Below are positions 1 through 12,418 of a stretch of DNA of 64,000 nt, piece by piece (position 1 is the stretch's first letter; every line of letters begins with the position of its first letter). Source of the DNA: Laetmonice hystrix (taxonomy: Eukaryota); assembly GCA_965235115.1 (NCBI GenBank), contig OZ249436.1, forward strand, positions 41,418,001-41,482,000, given 5' to 3'. The notes under the pieces were generated by a model. It had not been told where the DNA came from, did no database searches, and worked only from the letters and a program-made list of their open reading frames with translations. Both the position numbers and the translations under genes were made by a program.

Positions 1-3000
1 TGATCCCGAGTCCACGAAAACATAATATGGATCGTCCCCAAAATCTAATCGACTGATGATCCCTGGCACGAGACCAATCATACCTGGAACGTTTCATGAA
101 CATCCGTCTGAGATATCTTGCGATCAGACAAACAGACAGACCGGGCTGAAAACATGGTTGTCTCATTGATGCCAAATAACATACATTGTGTACTGAGTGG
201 AAACCCTGATGAATGGTCTGTATTTAACTTAGAATAGGGGCACACAGATGCTGACAGTGAAACTCAAACTAATTAACAAACTTGTAAGATCATTGAAGGA
301 AGTGTGTAAAGCAAGTCCCGGTAGCTTTTTAAAATTGATTATTCCTGACGCGGACTTTATGAGTAGTACATACTCGGGAAGCATGATCACTTCCATAAAA
401 AAAATTATGATGATCACATACCGAGCAATCCATTATTAACGATAATTAACACCTTCAAGTTTTAAATATTTCAAGTAGACTTGCTATATATAATCAGATC
501 CCATCATTACCAGCTCGCTATTTTGTCTTTTTCCATGGAATACACATACGACAAAAGGCACAGCATTAAAACTAATTAAACAGAATTAACTCAGTTCACT
601 ACACACTTTTATGGTGTACTGGTAGTCATCTTCTATTCCATGAGTTCTCCGCTCAACCTCCCAACATTTCAATGATAATCATTATTAAAATATAGACGTT
701 AGTTTTGCATTGGCTAAAATGTAAAAGATGTTAAAATATCCAGCATGACTAATGTGTGATGTACGACGGCCACTTTTTACAGTCTGGCCTAACCATGACC
801 AAGCTTAAGCAACGGGAATTAGGAATAACAATATTTTCCCAACTGGTTGGCCCTAATGTAAGGTTTCATATATTCAGGCAAGGTCGGTGTAAATGAGGTA
901 ATTTTCTTAAACTGGTTCGTTGGTTTAAACAAGGGACATATGCGATTCAGCGTTTCTTTGATTGTCAGCATTTATCCTCGTAGTTACGCCCAATAGCTTT
1001 GAATTGTTACCCAGATAGAAAATTTATACATGGAAATTGACAAAGGCAGTGGCAATAACTGTACCTGGAAGTCAAAAAGCCTTGCTTCCAACAAACCACC
1101 AACATTTCCATCATCAAAATAAACAGCTTTTTTTTATGTCTGAGTGCCATGACACAATATAGTTTATACCCCCCTCCCCCCCCCCCCCCATCCCACCCCT
1201 TCTACCCAGACCAGACTCCAATATTAGAGTGGAGACCACCTTCTCAGATCTTCTCCTTTTAGAGGCTCCATATTGCTGGAAGCGTTTCCTTTCCTTTCGG
1301 AGGCTGCATGGTGCCAAGCACTGTGTCCTGAGTGAAGGGCCATTATGATGAGAAATGGGCCGGTATGAGCAATCGATCACATGGACCAGTATCAAACACG
1401 TTACGGGCCCCTGACTGGAGTGTGAAACTGAGCCATCATACTCAGCTCATCCCTGCTGCCCTGGAGCATCGCTTGGTAGCAGCGAGGACACTGATCAGGA
1501 AAACCGATGGTCACTCGGGACACGATGACCAATGGCCTGGTCAAGCCCAAACATCATAAACCTGCCAGGTGTGCGACCGATTCCTTACAGACGCCGGCAA
1601 GCCCTGACCGCTCCACTCGTAAGGTCAAACTCATATTTGGCTACATAAAATTGCCAAATACTAGGACAGGTGATAAAACTAATGAAGTAATGATTTTTTA
1701 CAACTCTTTGACGATCTGTGGTCTCGTCATTATGTGAGGAGTTAATGGAAGGCCGACTGGGGACAACCAATTTGGTAATCAATTATAGTGTTGTCTAATT
1801 TTACGAGATCACATTATGGACAACGCTGTCTTGGAATGTTTTTATGGTGGACATACCAACATCAGAGCACCGCCTGGATCTTGGTTCCTTGTGCTGTGAT
1901 GTAAGAGATTGTCACCTGAGTCCTGGGTTAAAATCTGCATCAATCTGTGTGTAAATGTCTGGGAGACAGACTCATAGTCAGGTGACAAGGCGTCCATCAC
2001 GATTTTTTACAGTCTGGAACTCACGGACTCTCGTTGAAATTGACCCGTATACCTATTACCGTCAACATAAAACATGTTTGTATTGTGCCTGGTCTACGTA
2101 GTAAGCCTCAGCCAGTGAGGCCAGTGAGTCGGTAGTACAGAGACGGATACTCTGTCTATAATGTGCCCAGCCCACCACTCACGCTATTTAAAGTTGGAAG
2201 GGGGTGCATGCCGGCCAACCTACTTTTTGGGGGATGGGGATGCCCGTGTGGGAGTGGTAAATCACTAAATGATACTCTAGCCCCAACCTCTTTTATTGCC
2301 AGGGGCAGGGGTTATGCCCCCTAGCTCTCCCTTCCTTTAGGACACATCAGTATGACAGTAATTCTATCTTGGTGGATTAGATTTGTTAAATGAATTCAGA
2401 TACACTCATGCCGTCATGGATGATATGGAGCAATATCAGGTGCGGATTTAGCCCCCCCCCCCTCCTATTTCTGCAGACTGACTTTTCTAAGACAGCCTTT
2501 TTCGCACTTTGGCTGCCTAAGGCCTCCATGTAGGCTATGCATCAGGCCGAGTTAACCCTTCCCACTAAAAATGTGCAATGGAGAGAACCTTGTGTCGCTA
2601 CACATCTATGTTCAAATCAATGTCGGCCCCTATTGTGCCGTTAGAAATTAGGCCAAAAATTTTCAGCCAACTTATCGCTTGATAACTATAGTATAGTTAT
2701 CAGCTAATTATGACACTGGATTTTGTTCCCAGATGCCAGGAAAACGGATATTTGGCACTTTAATTTTCATTTTTTTCTGGGGGAGGGCCCCCAGACCCCC
2801 AACTCTAGGCTTTGCGCCTATGGCGCTCGCATGGGGGCTGCGCCCCCTTTATAATAACAAAAATTCCGGGATCCGCCCGTGAATAAGACCATGCCAGATA
2901 CTCGTGCATGTCGAAGATCTATCACATTCACACAACAGCTGTCTGTGTGCAGGATTTCTATAGGGTAAGCCGGGGTGGTCTGACACGGGCGTCTACCTGC

Positions 3001-3688
3001 TGAACCAATCATCAAGCATGAACCCTGAATGGGCTCCGAGACAGAGCGGTGCACAGCCCTGCCCAGGCCAGTGTCTCACCGTGACGATCTACCTGTGTCA
3101 CCTTGGGCGGATCCCGGGAGGGGGTCCGGAACGCCCCCCCCCCCCTTTTGGTCAAAAAAATCTAGGCTATCGCCAGTATCGGTGCAAAGTTCTATACTGA
3201 TGCAGATACCATAATAAATATATTGACCTATATTATAAATTAAATGCTACCGAACCCTAGCCCGTCTGACCTCGGGCTCGGGTTATCCGTTCACGTTGAC
3301 CGACCAGCGTGGGCCCCGACATACGCGCTCCCCTGCCCGGAGCGAGCACGTGGTGGCACCGAGCTTCATGTCGGCACGGGGCGCTCGACTCGAGAAAAAG
3401 TCCACGTACACTACAGTTCGTCCCATTGTTTCGATAATAACTTACACATTTAACTCTACAACCGCATAGCAGGTCGGGAAATGTCCTCTAATTCCCCAAG
3501 AAGACCACGACTTCGTTTACAACCACGCCTGTACTGTTGCACAGACCTGGCTAGAGTCGACGGCCGCCCGAGTGGCGACACGCCGGGTGGCGTGATTTTC
3601 ATTCATAATGCTTCCACTACGCGCGCACTGTTGGTAAACACACCGGCGTAACGATTGGATGTCAGCTCCAACAAACTTGTCTACTTAC

Positions 3689-3791
3689 CTATAGCAGTGA
3701 GTATACCCCAGAGCCGACACACCCATACAAAGTAGTCCCATAATACCTCACAGCGGGTACTCCGATAGCCCATAATTTGTGTAAAAGGCAT
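3689..3791 (-). CDS. TMEM72: First coding exon of a TMEM72-like membrane protein; downstream exons not located
   Basis: Hand translation gives MPFTQIMGYRSTRCEVLWDYFVWVCRLWGILTAI, followed by a strong AG|GTAAGT donor at 3688 (phase 1). It lies in a CpG-rich block with an ETS-like CGGAAGTG at about 3846. The W...CRLxGIxTA pattern resembles my recollection of the TMEM72 N-terminus. Not in the ORF track. Confidence 0.5.
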
Positions 3792-4525
3792 CCGACTTTC
3801 GCGCCGCAACAACGTGCTTTCTTATCAACAAGACTCGCAATGACACGGAAGTGAAAACTGTGACCGAGATTTCGCACTGACATCTGGCGATCAAGTAGCG
3901 AACTGAAGAGTTCAGGTTTGGCCTCAATCCCACTTGAGCATGGCATTTTAGGCCTATTTATTCCTCCATTATAAATAGGATCATGTGAAAATTCTTAGCC
4001 CGAGGCCCATCTATATTCCTAACTTATGTGGTTAGGCCTAGCTTATATCTAGCATTCAAGGATAGACCTAGATCTAGTAGGACGAGGCCTCCGGGCTTGT
4101 CTTTTTAATTTATTTTGCTAGGCTCGACTTGTTTCAAACCGTTTGGTGTAGTCTAGGGGTAGGCCTACACTTGGCGGATCTAGAGGCTTAGGGGGCCGCA
4201 TGTGGCACCCCCTCCCCCAAGGGTGTAGCCAGGGGGGTTTCCGGGTTGCCCGGAACCCCCCCCCCCCCCCACAAAAAAAATTAATAACTCATTAAATAAC
4301 TAAATAGATCTAAATGAATTAGGCTACTAATAGATCTATATATTACGGTTGGGAACCCCCCCCCCCCCCAGCCATCTCAGTCGAACCCCCCCCCCCTTAT
4401 CTCAGTTATGCCTACACCCCTGCTCCCCCCTATGCCTATAGGCATATTTCTGCAAAACTAGGCCTAGGCGACTTCCAGTAGCCTATAGGTTTAGACCTTT
4501 TACTGGCATAATTTTGACATAGGCC

Positions 4526-4737
4526 TACTGTTAAATCACTTTAATTTCGCGTAATTAAAATTTCGCGTTTTTTTTTTCATTTTGGGCTGGTTTGGCGTTT
4601 CTTAAATTAGCGTTTAGAAGAATCCGCTTCAGTTCCAAGTGTTTATTTGGCGTTTCTTGATTTCGCGTTTTTGTTGAAAACGCGAAAATGGCGAAATTAA
4701 AACACACGCGAAAAATACCTGATAGGCCTATACAGTA
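4526..4737. mobile_element. Palindromic TA-flanked MITE (TACTGT...ACAGTA) with internal TTTCGCG repeats; a related element lies at about 21436-21852
   Basis: Inverted termini and inverted TTTCGCG/CGCGAAA sub-repeats. Confidence 0.5.
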
Positions 4738-4866
4738 GGCCTATTTCAGTCGGCGTATATCGGGGGGGGGGGGGGGTCCAAGTAGACTCGACATCCCGAC
4801 CCCCCCCCCCTTGAAAAAATCGGGCCTAGGCATTTTTGTAAAACAAGAGTTTGACAAGTGCCGTAG

Positions 4867-5396
4867 TACGGAGCCCTAAAGAGACATGTGGGAATTATGA
4901 GATATTATTTCGTTCCATCGAAATATATTTCGATCCTTCCAAATAGCCTATATTTCATTCCCTTGAAATATAATTCATTCCCTCGAAATAGATTTCGTTG
5001 TCTCGAAATAAGCATCGTCTTTTCGAAATAGATTTTGTTCCCTCCAAATAGATTTCCTTCCCTCCAAATTATACATTTCGTCCCCTCCAAATACATTTCG
5101 TTCCCTCCAAATACATTTCATTCCCTTGAAATCTATTTAGTTCCTTCGAAATACACTTTGTTCACTCGAAGTCCCCATCGTTTTATATTAAAGTTCATAT
5201 TATACATATTCATACTCATAAACTATAAACAAATCTTTATTACCCGGTACTGGAATATGTGTAAGCATTTAGCCTTAACAAGTCAGAAAAGTCGATGCTG
5301 ATTTCGAGAGAATGCAATAAATTTGGAACAATCGAAATATATTTCGAGGGAACGAAATATCTCAGAATTCCCACATGTCCCTTTAGGGGCTCCGTA
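4867..5396. mobile_element. Non-autonomous TIR element with a 3-bp TSD (Academ-like) and about 23-bp internal sub-repeats
   Basis: TIR TACGGAGCCC(C)TAAAG.GACATGTGGGAATT at both ends; TAG duplicated at 4864-4866 and 5397-5399; internal TTTCGTTCCCTCGAAATA-type repeats. Confidence 0.75.
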
Positions 5397-6440
5397 TAGT
5401 AAACGGCTATTTTAAAGAAAGGAAATCCTCATATTTCCAAACAAGACGTTCTGAGATTGCATTAGGCCTATTTTGAGCTCTTCTTTTTTAATTTCCCAGA
5501 GGAGCATGGCCTAGGCCTATAGCCCTAAGGCCATCTCTGAAGTAGGTTAGGCCTAGGCCTGTATACCTAAACTTAGGAACCCCCCTTAACCAATTTCGGG
5601 ATACGCCCCTGTATTTCAAGCACACTCTACCATTCTTGCGTGAGTTGTGTCGATTACATGTTGCTGGATGGGTAGAGCTAGATGCCTAGGCCCTATATAG
5701 ACCTAGCAGGCCTACCACTGACAGGAATCGCTTTTTCTTTTCTTTTCAGAATGAGACTTAAGGCGTCATCTGGTGGGGTTTTTTTCTATACGAGTCCCCC
5801 CGCGCCCCCCCCCCCCCCCCGAAAGCGGTTGGCATTTAGTTCATGGCAATGCACTAGCGTCATCTAGCGACTTCCGCAGTATAGTGCGAGTATATAGGTA
5901 TAGGCCTAATCAACCGGCCACGGTCGTCGATGCTTTGCGGCGTGGATAGGCTGATACGGGAAGGGTTCAATCAAAAATCGCGTCTTTTTTCCTCTAATTA
6001 TTTCCGATATGTTGTAAATGTAACCATTTTCCTCTTAGTTACTACTCCTTAATATCCATTGCAGGGCCTTTACTTCATCAAAGTGTGTTCTTAAATACAC
6101 TACTATAAGATATTACTCACGTCATTATCCTATGGAGATTTCTTATGAACTCATTTACTCCATGGAAATGAAACAAAGACACGAAAGTTTATGTAGTATT
6201 TCACCAAATCAACTTTATGACTGATAATAGCACTTTATGTATAAGATATATTTTTATTGGTAACATTATTTTAAAGGATTTTAAGTTACACCAGACGTCA
6301 GTAATATTGGAAAGGTCTCATCTTGTCATGAATATACAAATGAAATAAACTATAGAAAACACCTACATATTCTAAACAACAAGCAAGATTTACCGAGAAA
6401 ATATGAATTAAAAGAACACAGACGTGATACATGTAGTATA

Positions 6441-7397
6441 CAGTGTCCCCCAAAAAGGCCACAAAAATAAAACCATAAGAAATCTATCCCCTTTTGGATA
6501 CTGATATCTGTTATATGTTATCTTAAAGCATATCTCAAGAAATTTTATCTGTCGTGTCACCATGCAATAAAATAATTATTCCACGTTTTCCAAGTCCGAC
6601 ATTTCACAGGATGTGCTCAATATGCGCACCGCGGCCGTTCAAACATTCAACCTGACTGCAAAGTTTCCAATAACCCTCTTGCACATGTCTACAGGGATCG
6701 CTCTGATAAATCTTGTGATTGGCCGTTGTTAGGTACACTTCCTGTGGTGGTTGAGTTCCCCAGAATACGCAGTTCTTTGAATTAACATATCCTTCAAGAT
6801 GGAAGTGGGCCTCATCACTAAACCATGCAGACATTATCTATCCAATCCTCGTCTTCTTCCATCTTGTCATTAAACCAATTGCACATTGCTACTTGAGCCC
6901 GTTGATCGTGTTCTGTTAATTTATGCTTAACTTGAATGCAATATGGGGAAAGTTTTAAGTCCAGTTTCAATATGCGGACAATGTTAACCCGACTCAAACT
7001 AAACTCTTGCGATCGCCGTCGACACGACTTTTTCGGACTTCGAGTATAGCAGACAGACGGACAGCCTCAATGTTTTCTGGAGATCTGGCTCCTCTGGGTC
7101 GGCCAGATCTTCCTTTGTTAACATTGTGAACAGTTCTATCAGTTCGAAACTTCTTTACAATCCTCCATATTGTCTTTCTGTCAGGAGCTTCTCTAACTCC
7201 AAAATTACGTTGGTATTCCCATCGGGTTTTCACGATCGATTTGGTCTCAAAGTAGAATTCCACCAGTGTCTTTAAACTACACCAGAAGAAATTCCTGACA
7301 TTAATGTCTTCAATGTATGAAAAAAATGAAGGAATTCTGATTAAGCGTTGCAGAATGAAAGTCAAACTTTATTGTGGCCTTTTTGGGGGACACACTG
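6441..7397 (-). mobile_element. Internally deleted Tc1/mariner transposon with a DUF4817-type N-terminus; transposase is a pseudogene
   Basis: TIRs CAGTG(TG)TCCCCCAAAAAGGCCACAA with TA on both sides. Frameshifted transposase pieces: EFYFETKSIVKTRWEYQRNFGVREAPDRKTIWRIVKKF..GRSGRPR, then WFSDEAHFHLEGYVNSKNCVFWG (first catalytic D), then C-terminal CLNGRGAHIEHIL. The rest of the catalytic core is missing. Confidence 0.9.
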
Positions 7398-7827
7398 TAA
7401 TATTTCAGGAGCTCAAAAACCATTGTGTCTGTGACGTACGAAATGGTTATTATGCACGTCATGCTTCCAACTCATTTTAAGCTATGCAACACATTTACTG
7501 TAAATGGGGATTCTATTTTTATACATTAAGTATCAGAGGTGGTTAACAATAAGAGACCAACATTTCATATTTAACATTACTCAGGTTTATGTTAGCACTA
7601 TATAAATTTAATATAAAAATTCAGGAGCGTGACGTGAGTAACTATTTTCAGAATGGTTGGCAGTTAACACAGAGCAAAGTTGAGGCTCAAATTGCAAGAT
7701 GAAGACGTTTGTGACTGAGAAATCTCCCACAAAGAATCATATGAACAATCATATAGATCATGAGAACTGATTTTGCAAATCCTAAGCTATATATAACGCA
7801 CGTCAAGACTCTTATTAGAGAAGGTGA

Positions 7828-8444
7828 AGTTGTATCCTCACTGGACGCGTGCGACGCGAGCGACGCGCGCGTTTTTTTAGAAGTAATGGAAATGAATTGA
7901 GCCATCTGCACTGGCCGCGCGCGACGCGCGCGTCATTTTTTGTGACGCGCCCGTCGCGACATAGATAGGACTGGTTCTATTTTTGTCGCGCTACGCGCGC
8001 GACAAAAGACATCTTGACCAATCAGAAGTGAGATCTACGACCTTGAACTTTGTTCAAGAGCGTCAAGAGACTAATATACACCTATACACGCCTATAGCCT
8101 ACTCATTTTAAATTAACTTTAACACTGACGGTGTATCTCAGGGAAACCCCGAGCTATTATGTAGGCCTATACCTCTAAAACTCTCATTCAAGAGGATGAG
8201 CTTCAATTCGTAATGCAAACAATTATGAATTGTTTTCCTGTGCCCCCTTCCACTTTAGGCTTTAGTGATATCCTGGACCCGCAATTGATAGACGCGCATA
8301 ATATATACACGCGTACCTATATGTTCCCAGGCCCGTAGCCTACACGCAGACGTATCACGCGCATCTGGTGAGGATAGAAAAAATATCGCGTCGCACGCAT
8401 CGTACGCGTCGCTCGCGTCGCAGGCGTCCAGTGAGGATACAGCT
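7828..8444. mobile_element. PIF/Harbinger-like MITE
   Basis: About 40-bp TIR AG(C/T)TGTATCCTCACTGGACGC.TGCGACGCGAGCGACGCG; flanks TGA and TTA. Confidence 0.7.
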
Positions 8445-8838
8445 TTAGAGTCGGGACTGCCCGGCACTTCTCCACTAGAAGACACGCATAAAGCCCCAGT
8501 CCCACCAAAGCCGAATTAGCTAGACCCTACGACGTGTCATGATCTGATAAGTCGTGTAGAATCGTGAAAGGTCCTAACTCGGTCGTAGAGTAGTCTGGAT
8601 AGATCCTCATAGGTCGGGATAGGCCCACTTGCACCCCGACAATTTTAAACTGTTCAAAACAGTCAGCATATCGTAGGTCAAACGTTGCCCAGTCGGGAAT
8701 ATAGGCGTGGAACAATCGGGATAGTTCGCTGTTCAGTCCTGGTTTATCGTAGGACAATTGCCAGAAATTTAAGCCCCAGTCCCACCATTTGAAGCCGATT
8801 GTACTATACGTTCTATCAAGATCTGAAATTTATTTTAA

Positions 8839-9729
8839 AGAGGGGGGGTCATAATCATGCCAATTTACTTGTAAGTTGGAATATATTTCACAAAAAACAT
8901 CTTCTACAGATTCCCCAACATACACACCCTTGCCAACCCCGCTGTGAGTGACGGGAGTGGGTAACATCATCCCCGTGCTGAAAACGCTCTGTTCGGCACC
9001 ACTGAGTGCTCCACTGTGGTGGGTGACGTCACAAAATTGTAAACAGAGCCTGGAGCAGCAATAAGATAGGGTCATGGCATCTTCAGATTCAGATAACTCC
9101 TTTTCTAATGATGAATCCAGTTATGAGATGGAAAATTTCTACGATTCTGGAAGTGGGATAGATGAGGAGGAGGATGTTGGAGCAGAACAAGAGGTTTTGG
9201 GGTGGATGTATGAGCCACAGAGATGGGCATCTCCGAAGTGGTCAAGTGCTACACACATAGCCTAGAACCACCCCTTCTTGAGCTGTTATAAGTTCATCCA
9301 CTTTCTCTTCAGGGTTTCCTCTTTTGGTATAGAGAAAAGAGACACTCCATCTGGACATGACTGGCTACAATAGGCCTACTTCAGACAACTAGCTTCACCA
9401 TTTTCTCTTGACAATCTTGTGGGTATGTAATTAAGCCGGTGTCTTCACTGCGCTATCATGGTTGTCATAGGCTGATAGCGCGTGGCATGGCTTGAGTTGA
9501 TCTGGGTCATCCCATTACAAGTTTGTGACTCATATAATGATATGCAGTGTTAATGGACCTAGATCGGGCCGTTTGGGAAAGGGGTGAGGAATGCCACTTA
9601 GAGTGTCCCTATAAAATATGTTTTCTTTGTAAACCGGCACTTATATTCAGGAATTGGGCTCGAAACTATTCTATTTCAATGATATTTAATGGAAACAACT
9701 TAAAATTATTATGACCCCCCCCCCCATCT
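8839..9729. mobile_element. Non-autonomous Kolobok-like element, copy 1
   Basis: TTAA TSD, AG...CT termini and TIR AGAGGGGGGGTCATAAT. Minus-strand THAP remnant (CSQSCPDGVSLFSIPKEETLKRKW...YVCS..DHF) converges on a plus-strand acidic ORF start (MASSDSD...GWMYEP). Near-identical to 19329-20198. Confidence 0.8.
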
Positions 9730-9875
9730 TTAAGTCGTGATGAATCGTGATGAAATAATGAAAACCCGAAGACCTAGCTACGAATTGTCACGTTCAACGG
9801 CGATTGGGCAACGGTGCCCCAGTCACACATTCCCGTTTCTCAGGGCGATTGTACACGATTGTACACGATTGGTAA

Positions 9876-10999
9876 AGGCCCGGTCCCACTGGCCGATGGA
9901 CACAAAACGTATGCATAAAGGACACAGCAGACGAGCAAAATTTCGGGGGTGGCTCCATCCGTTTTCATCCGCTCCAGAAATGGACAAGCTGCAGTGGATG
10001 GGAGTTGCGGGGATGCCCAGAGGATGCAGAGATGATACAGCGGACATTCAACGGATGATAACGGACATAGAACGTTTGTTGCTCGTATATGTCGCGAATT
10101 TACATCGTACACGGCGGAAAGTTCATCCGTTCTAGGCCCGGTCCCACTGCACTTACGGATGCAAAGAGTATGTAAAACGTAAAAAGGTCTTGCCATTCGT
10201 TGGAAAACGCTATGCATACGTTGTGTACCCATTGCATACGTGTTTCATACGCTCTATCCATCGAGCATCCGTCCACTGTGATTTCATCCGCGCAAAAAGT
10301 TTTGAGCTGCACAAAACTTTTAGAACGGATGAACTTTCCGCCGTGTACGATGTAAATCCGCGACATATACGAGCAACAAACGTTCTATGTCCGTTATCAT
10401 CCGTTAAATGTCCGCTGTATCCTCTCTGCATCCTCTGGGCATCCTCGCAACTCACATCCACTGCAGCTGAAAACGGACAGAGGGAGGAAAGATAAGGTAC
10501 ATGGAACGTCTATACATCGTTAGTAGCACGGAAATAGAAAGGATGTAAGCGTATGCATATCGTATATAAAGTATTCAAAACTGTCATCCACTTCCATCCG
10601 CTTTCATCCGCTATGCTTCCGATGAACATCCGTTTAACATCCCCGCTACATACTACCCACGTCCGTTCTTTTCCATTCTGTTTTCGCCAATTTTCGCCAA
10701 TTTTGTCCATTTCTGGAGCGGATGAAAACGGATGGAGCCCCGAAATTTTGCTCGTCCGCTGTGTCCTTTATGCATACGTTTTGTGTCCATCGTCCAGTGG
10801 GACCGGGCCCTAAAAGTTTTGTGCAGCTCAAAACTTTTTGCGCGGATGAAATCACAGTGGACGGATGCTCGATGGATAGAGCGTATGAAACACGTATGCA
10901 ATGGGTACACAACGGATGCATAGCGTTTTCCAACGGATGGCAAGATTTTGTTACGTTTTACATACTCTTTGCATCCGTAAGTGCAGTGGGACCGGGCCT
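9876..10999. mobile_element. PIF/Harbinger-like MITE (TIR AGGCCCGGTCCCACTG) interrupted by an inverted copy of itself at 10135-10810
   Basis: TAA TSD at 9873-9875 and 11000-11002; the inner copy is the reverse complement of the outer arms. Confidence 0.85.
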
Positions 11000-11296
11000 T
11001 AAGGCTGGTTTGATCGGCATGATACGGTAGGAACTGACCGTCTCCACCCCGTACACACACCGTCAATAACGCTTCTACGGCGCTTCGGGGGCGTTCGTCC
11101 CGCTTGAATTACGTCAATACTACGATATGACAAGTTCTCCATCCCGCTGACACCCCGTCAGCCCCGTTTGCACCCCGTTTGAGCCCCGTCCACTCAGTTT
11201 GCGTCACGTAAGCCCCGATCGAGCCCCGTCGCCAATGCCGATTGTTTTGAACAGTTTAAAATTGTCGGGGTGCAATCGTGGCCTATCCCGGCCTAT

Positions 11297-11953
11297 TGCC
11301 CCTATTCCACACAGACCACGAATTTCACGAATCCCTACGAATTGATGAATTCTCGGATTCGTAGTTTAATCTTAATCAGTTCGTGAAGTTCTTAACTGAT
11401 TCCTATTTATTCGTAGTGAGTTCTTTCAATTCTTGAGTGATCGGGAATTCGTGGCAAAAGTTTTGAGCTGTTCAAAATTTTGGCCACGAACTCTTGATTC
11501 CAAAACATCGTAGTTAATTCGTAACAAATTCGTAGTGCATTCTTAGGCATCGTAACTGAGTCGTAATAGATTCGTAGGCACTCGTAGGTATTCGTAGGTA
11601 TTCTTAACTCATTCGGGAATTCGTGACTTGACCACGAATCGGCTACGAATCTGTCACGAATCCCACGAATACACACCGAAGCATATTCTTAACTGATTCG
11701 CAACTGATTCCTAACGTTCTTGCAGTATTCGTAATGGATTCTTGTAAATCGTTATGAATTCTTGACAATATTTCAGCGGTTCGAGCAGAATCCCACGAAT
11801 ATTCGTAATTATATCGTAGCTTTATCGTAACAGAATCGTACATCATCACGAATTGGACAAGAAATTTGCAAAATATCACGAATCCTCACGAATCCTAAAA
11901 TTTATCAAATCCTGGCAATTCGTGGGATTCGTGGTCTGTGTGGAATAGTGGCA
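11297..11953. mobile_element. MITE (TIR TGCC.CTATTCCACACAGACCACGAAT) with ATTCGT-rich interior
   Basis: Inverted termini; interrupts the host MITE sequence CCTAT|GAGGATCTATC. Confidence 0.75.
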
Positions 11954-12418
11954 TTAGAGGATCTATCTACGACCGAGTTTAGGACCTTTCCCAATTCTAC
12001 ACGATTTATCAGATCGTGACACGTCGTAGCTAATTCGTCTTTGGTGGGACTGGGCTTGGGGCTTTCCCACATTCCCAAATTTTTTGTGAGAGCACGACGA
12101 ACTGTCCCGAATTGAAATTCGTGACGGTTCTTGGTCGCTCGGCCAATTCGTAGTGTGACCTCACACACTACGAATTGGCCGCGCATTAGCTACGATCTGC
12201 TACGATGTACTTAGGAATTACCTACGTCTCCCCTACGAACCATGCCGAACTCATGCCAAACCATCACAAAGTATCTACGAACTGCCCCGATTTACCCACA
12301 AACTACCTACGACCCTCAAGATTTGCTACGAATTGTGAAGACTTGTCAAGAACTGCTACGACTGTCAAGGCTTGCTACGATCGTAGGCAGGATCGTAGCT
12401 ATTCTTAGCAGATCGTAA

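Noticed and set aside
1200..1625. GC-richer block with short ORFs
   Set aside because: No consistent splice or frame model and no recognisable protein
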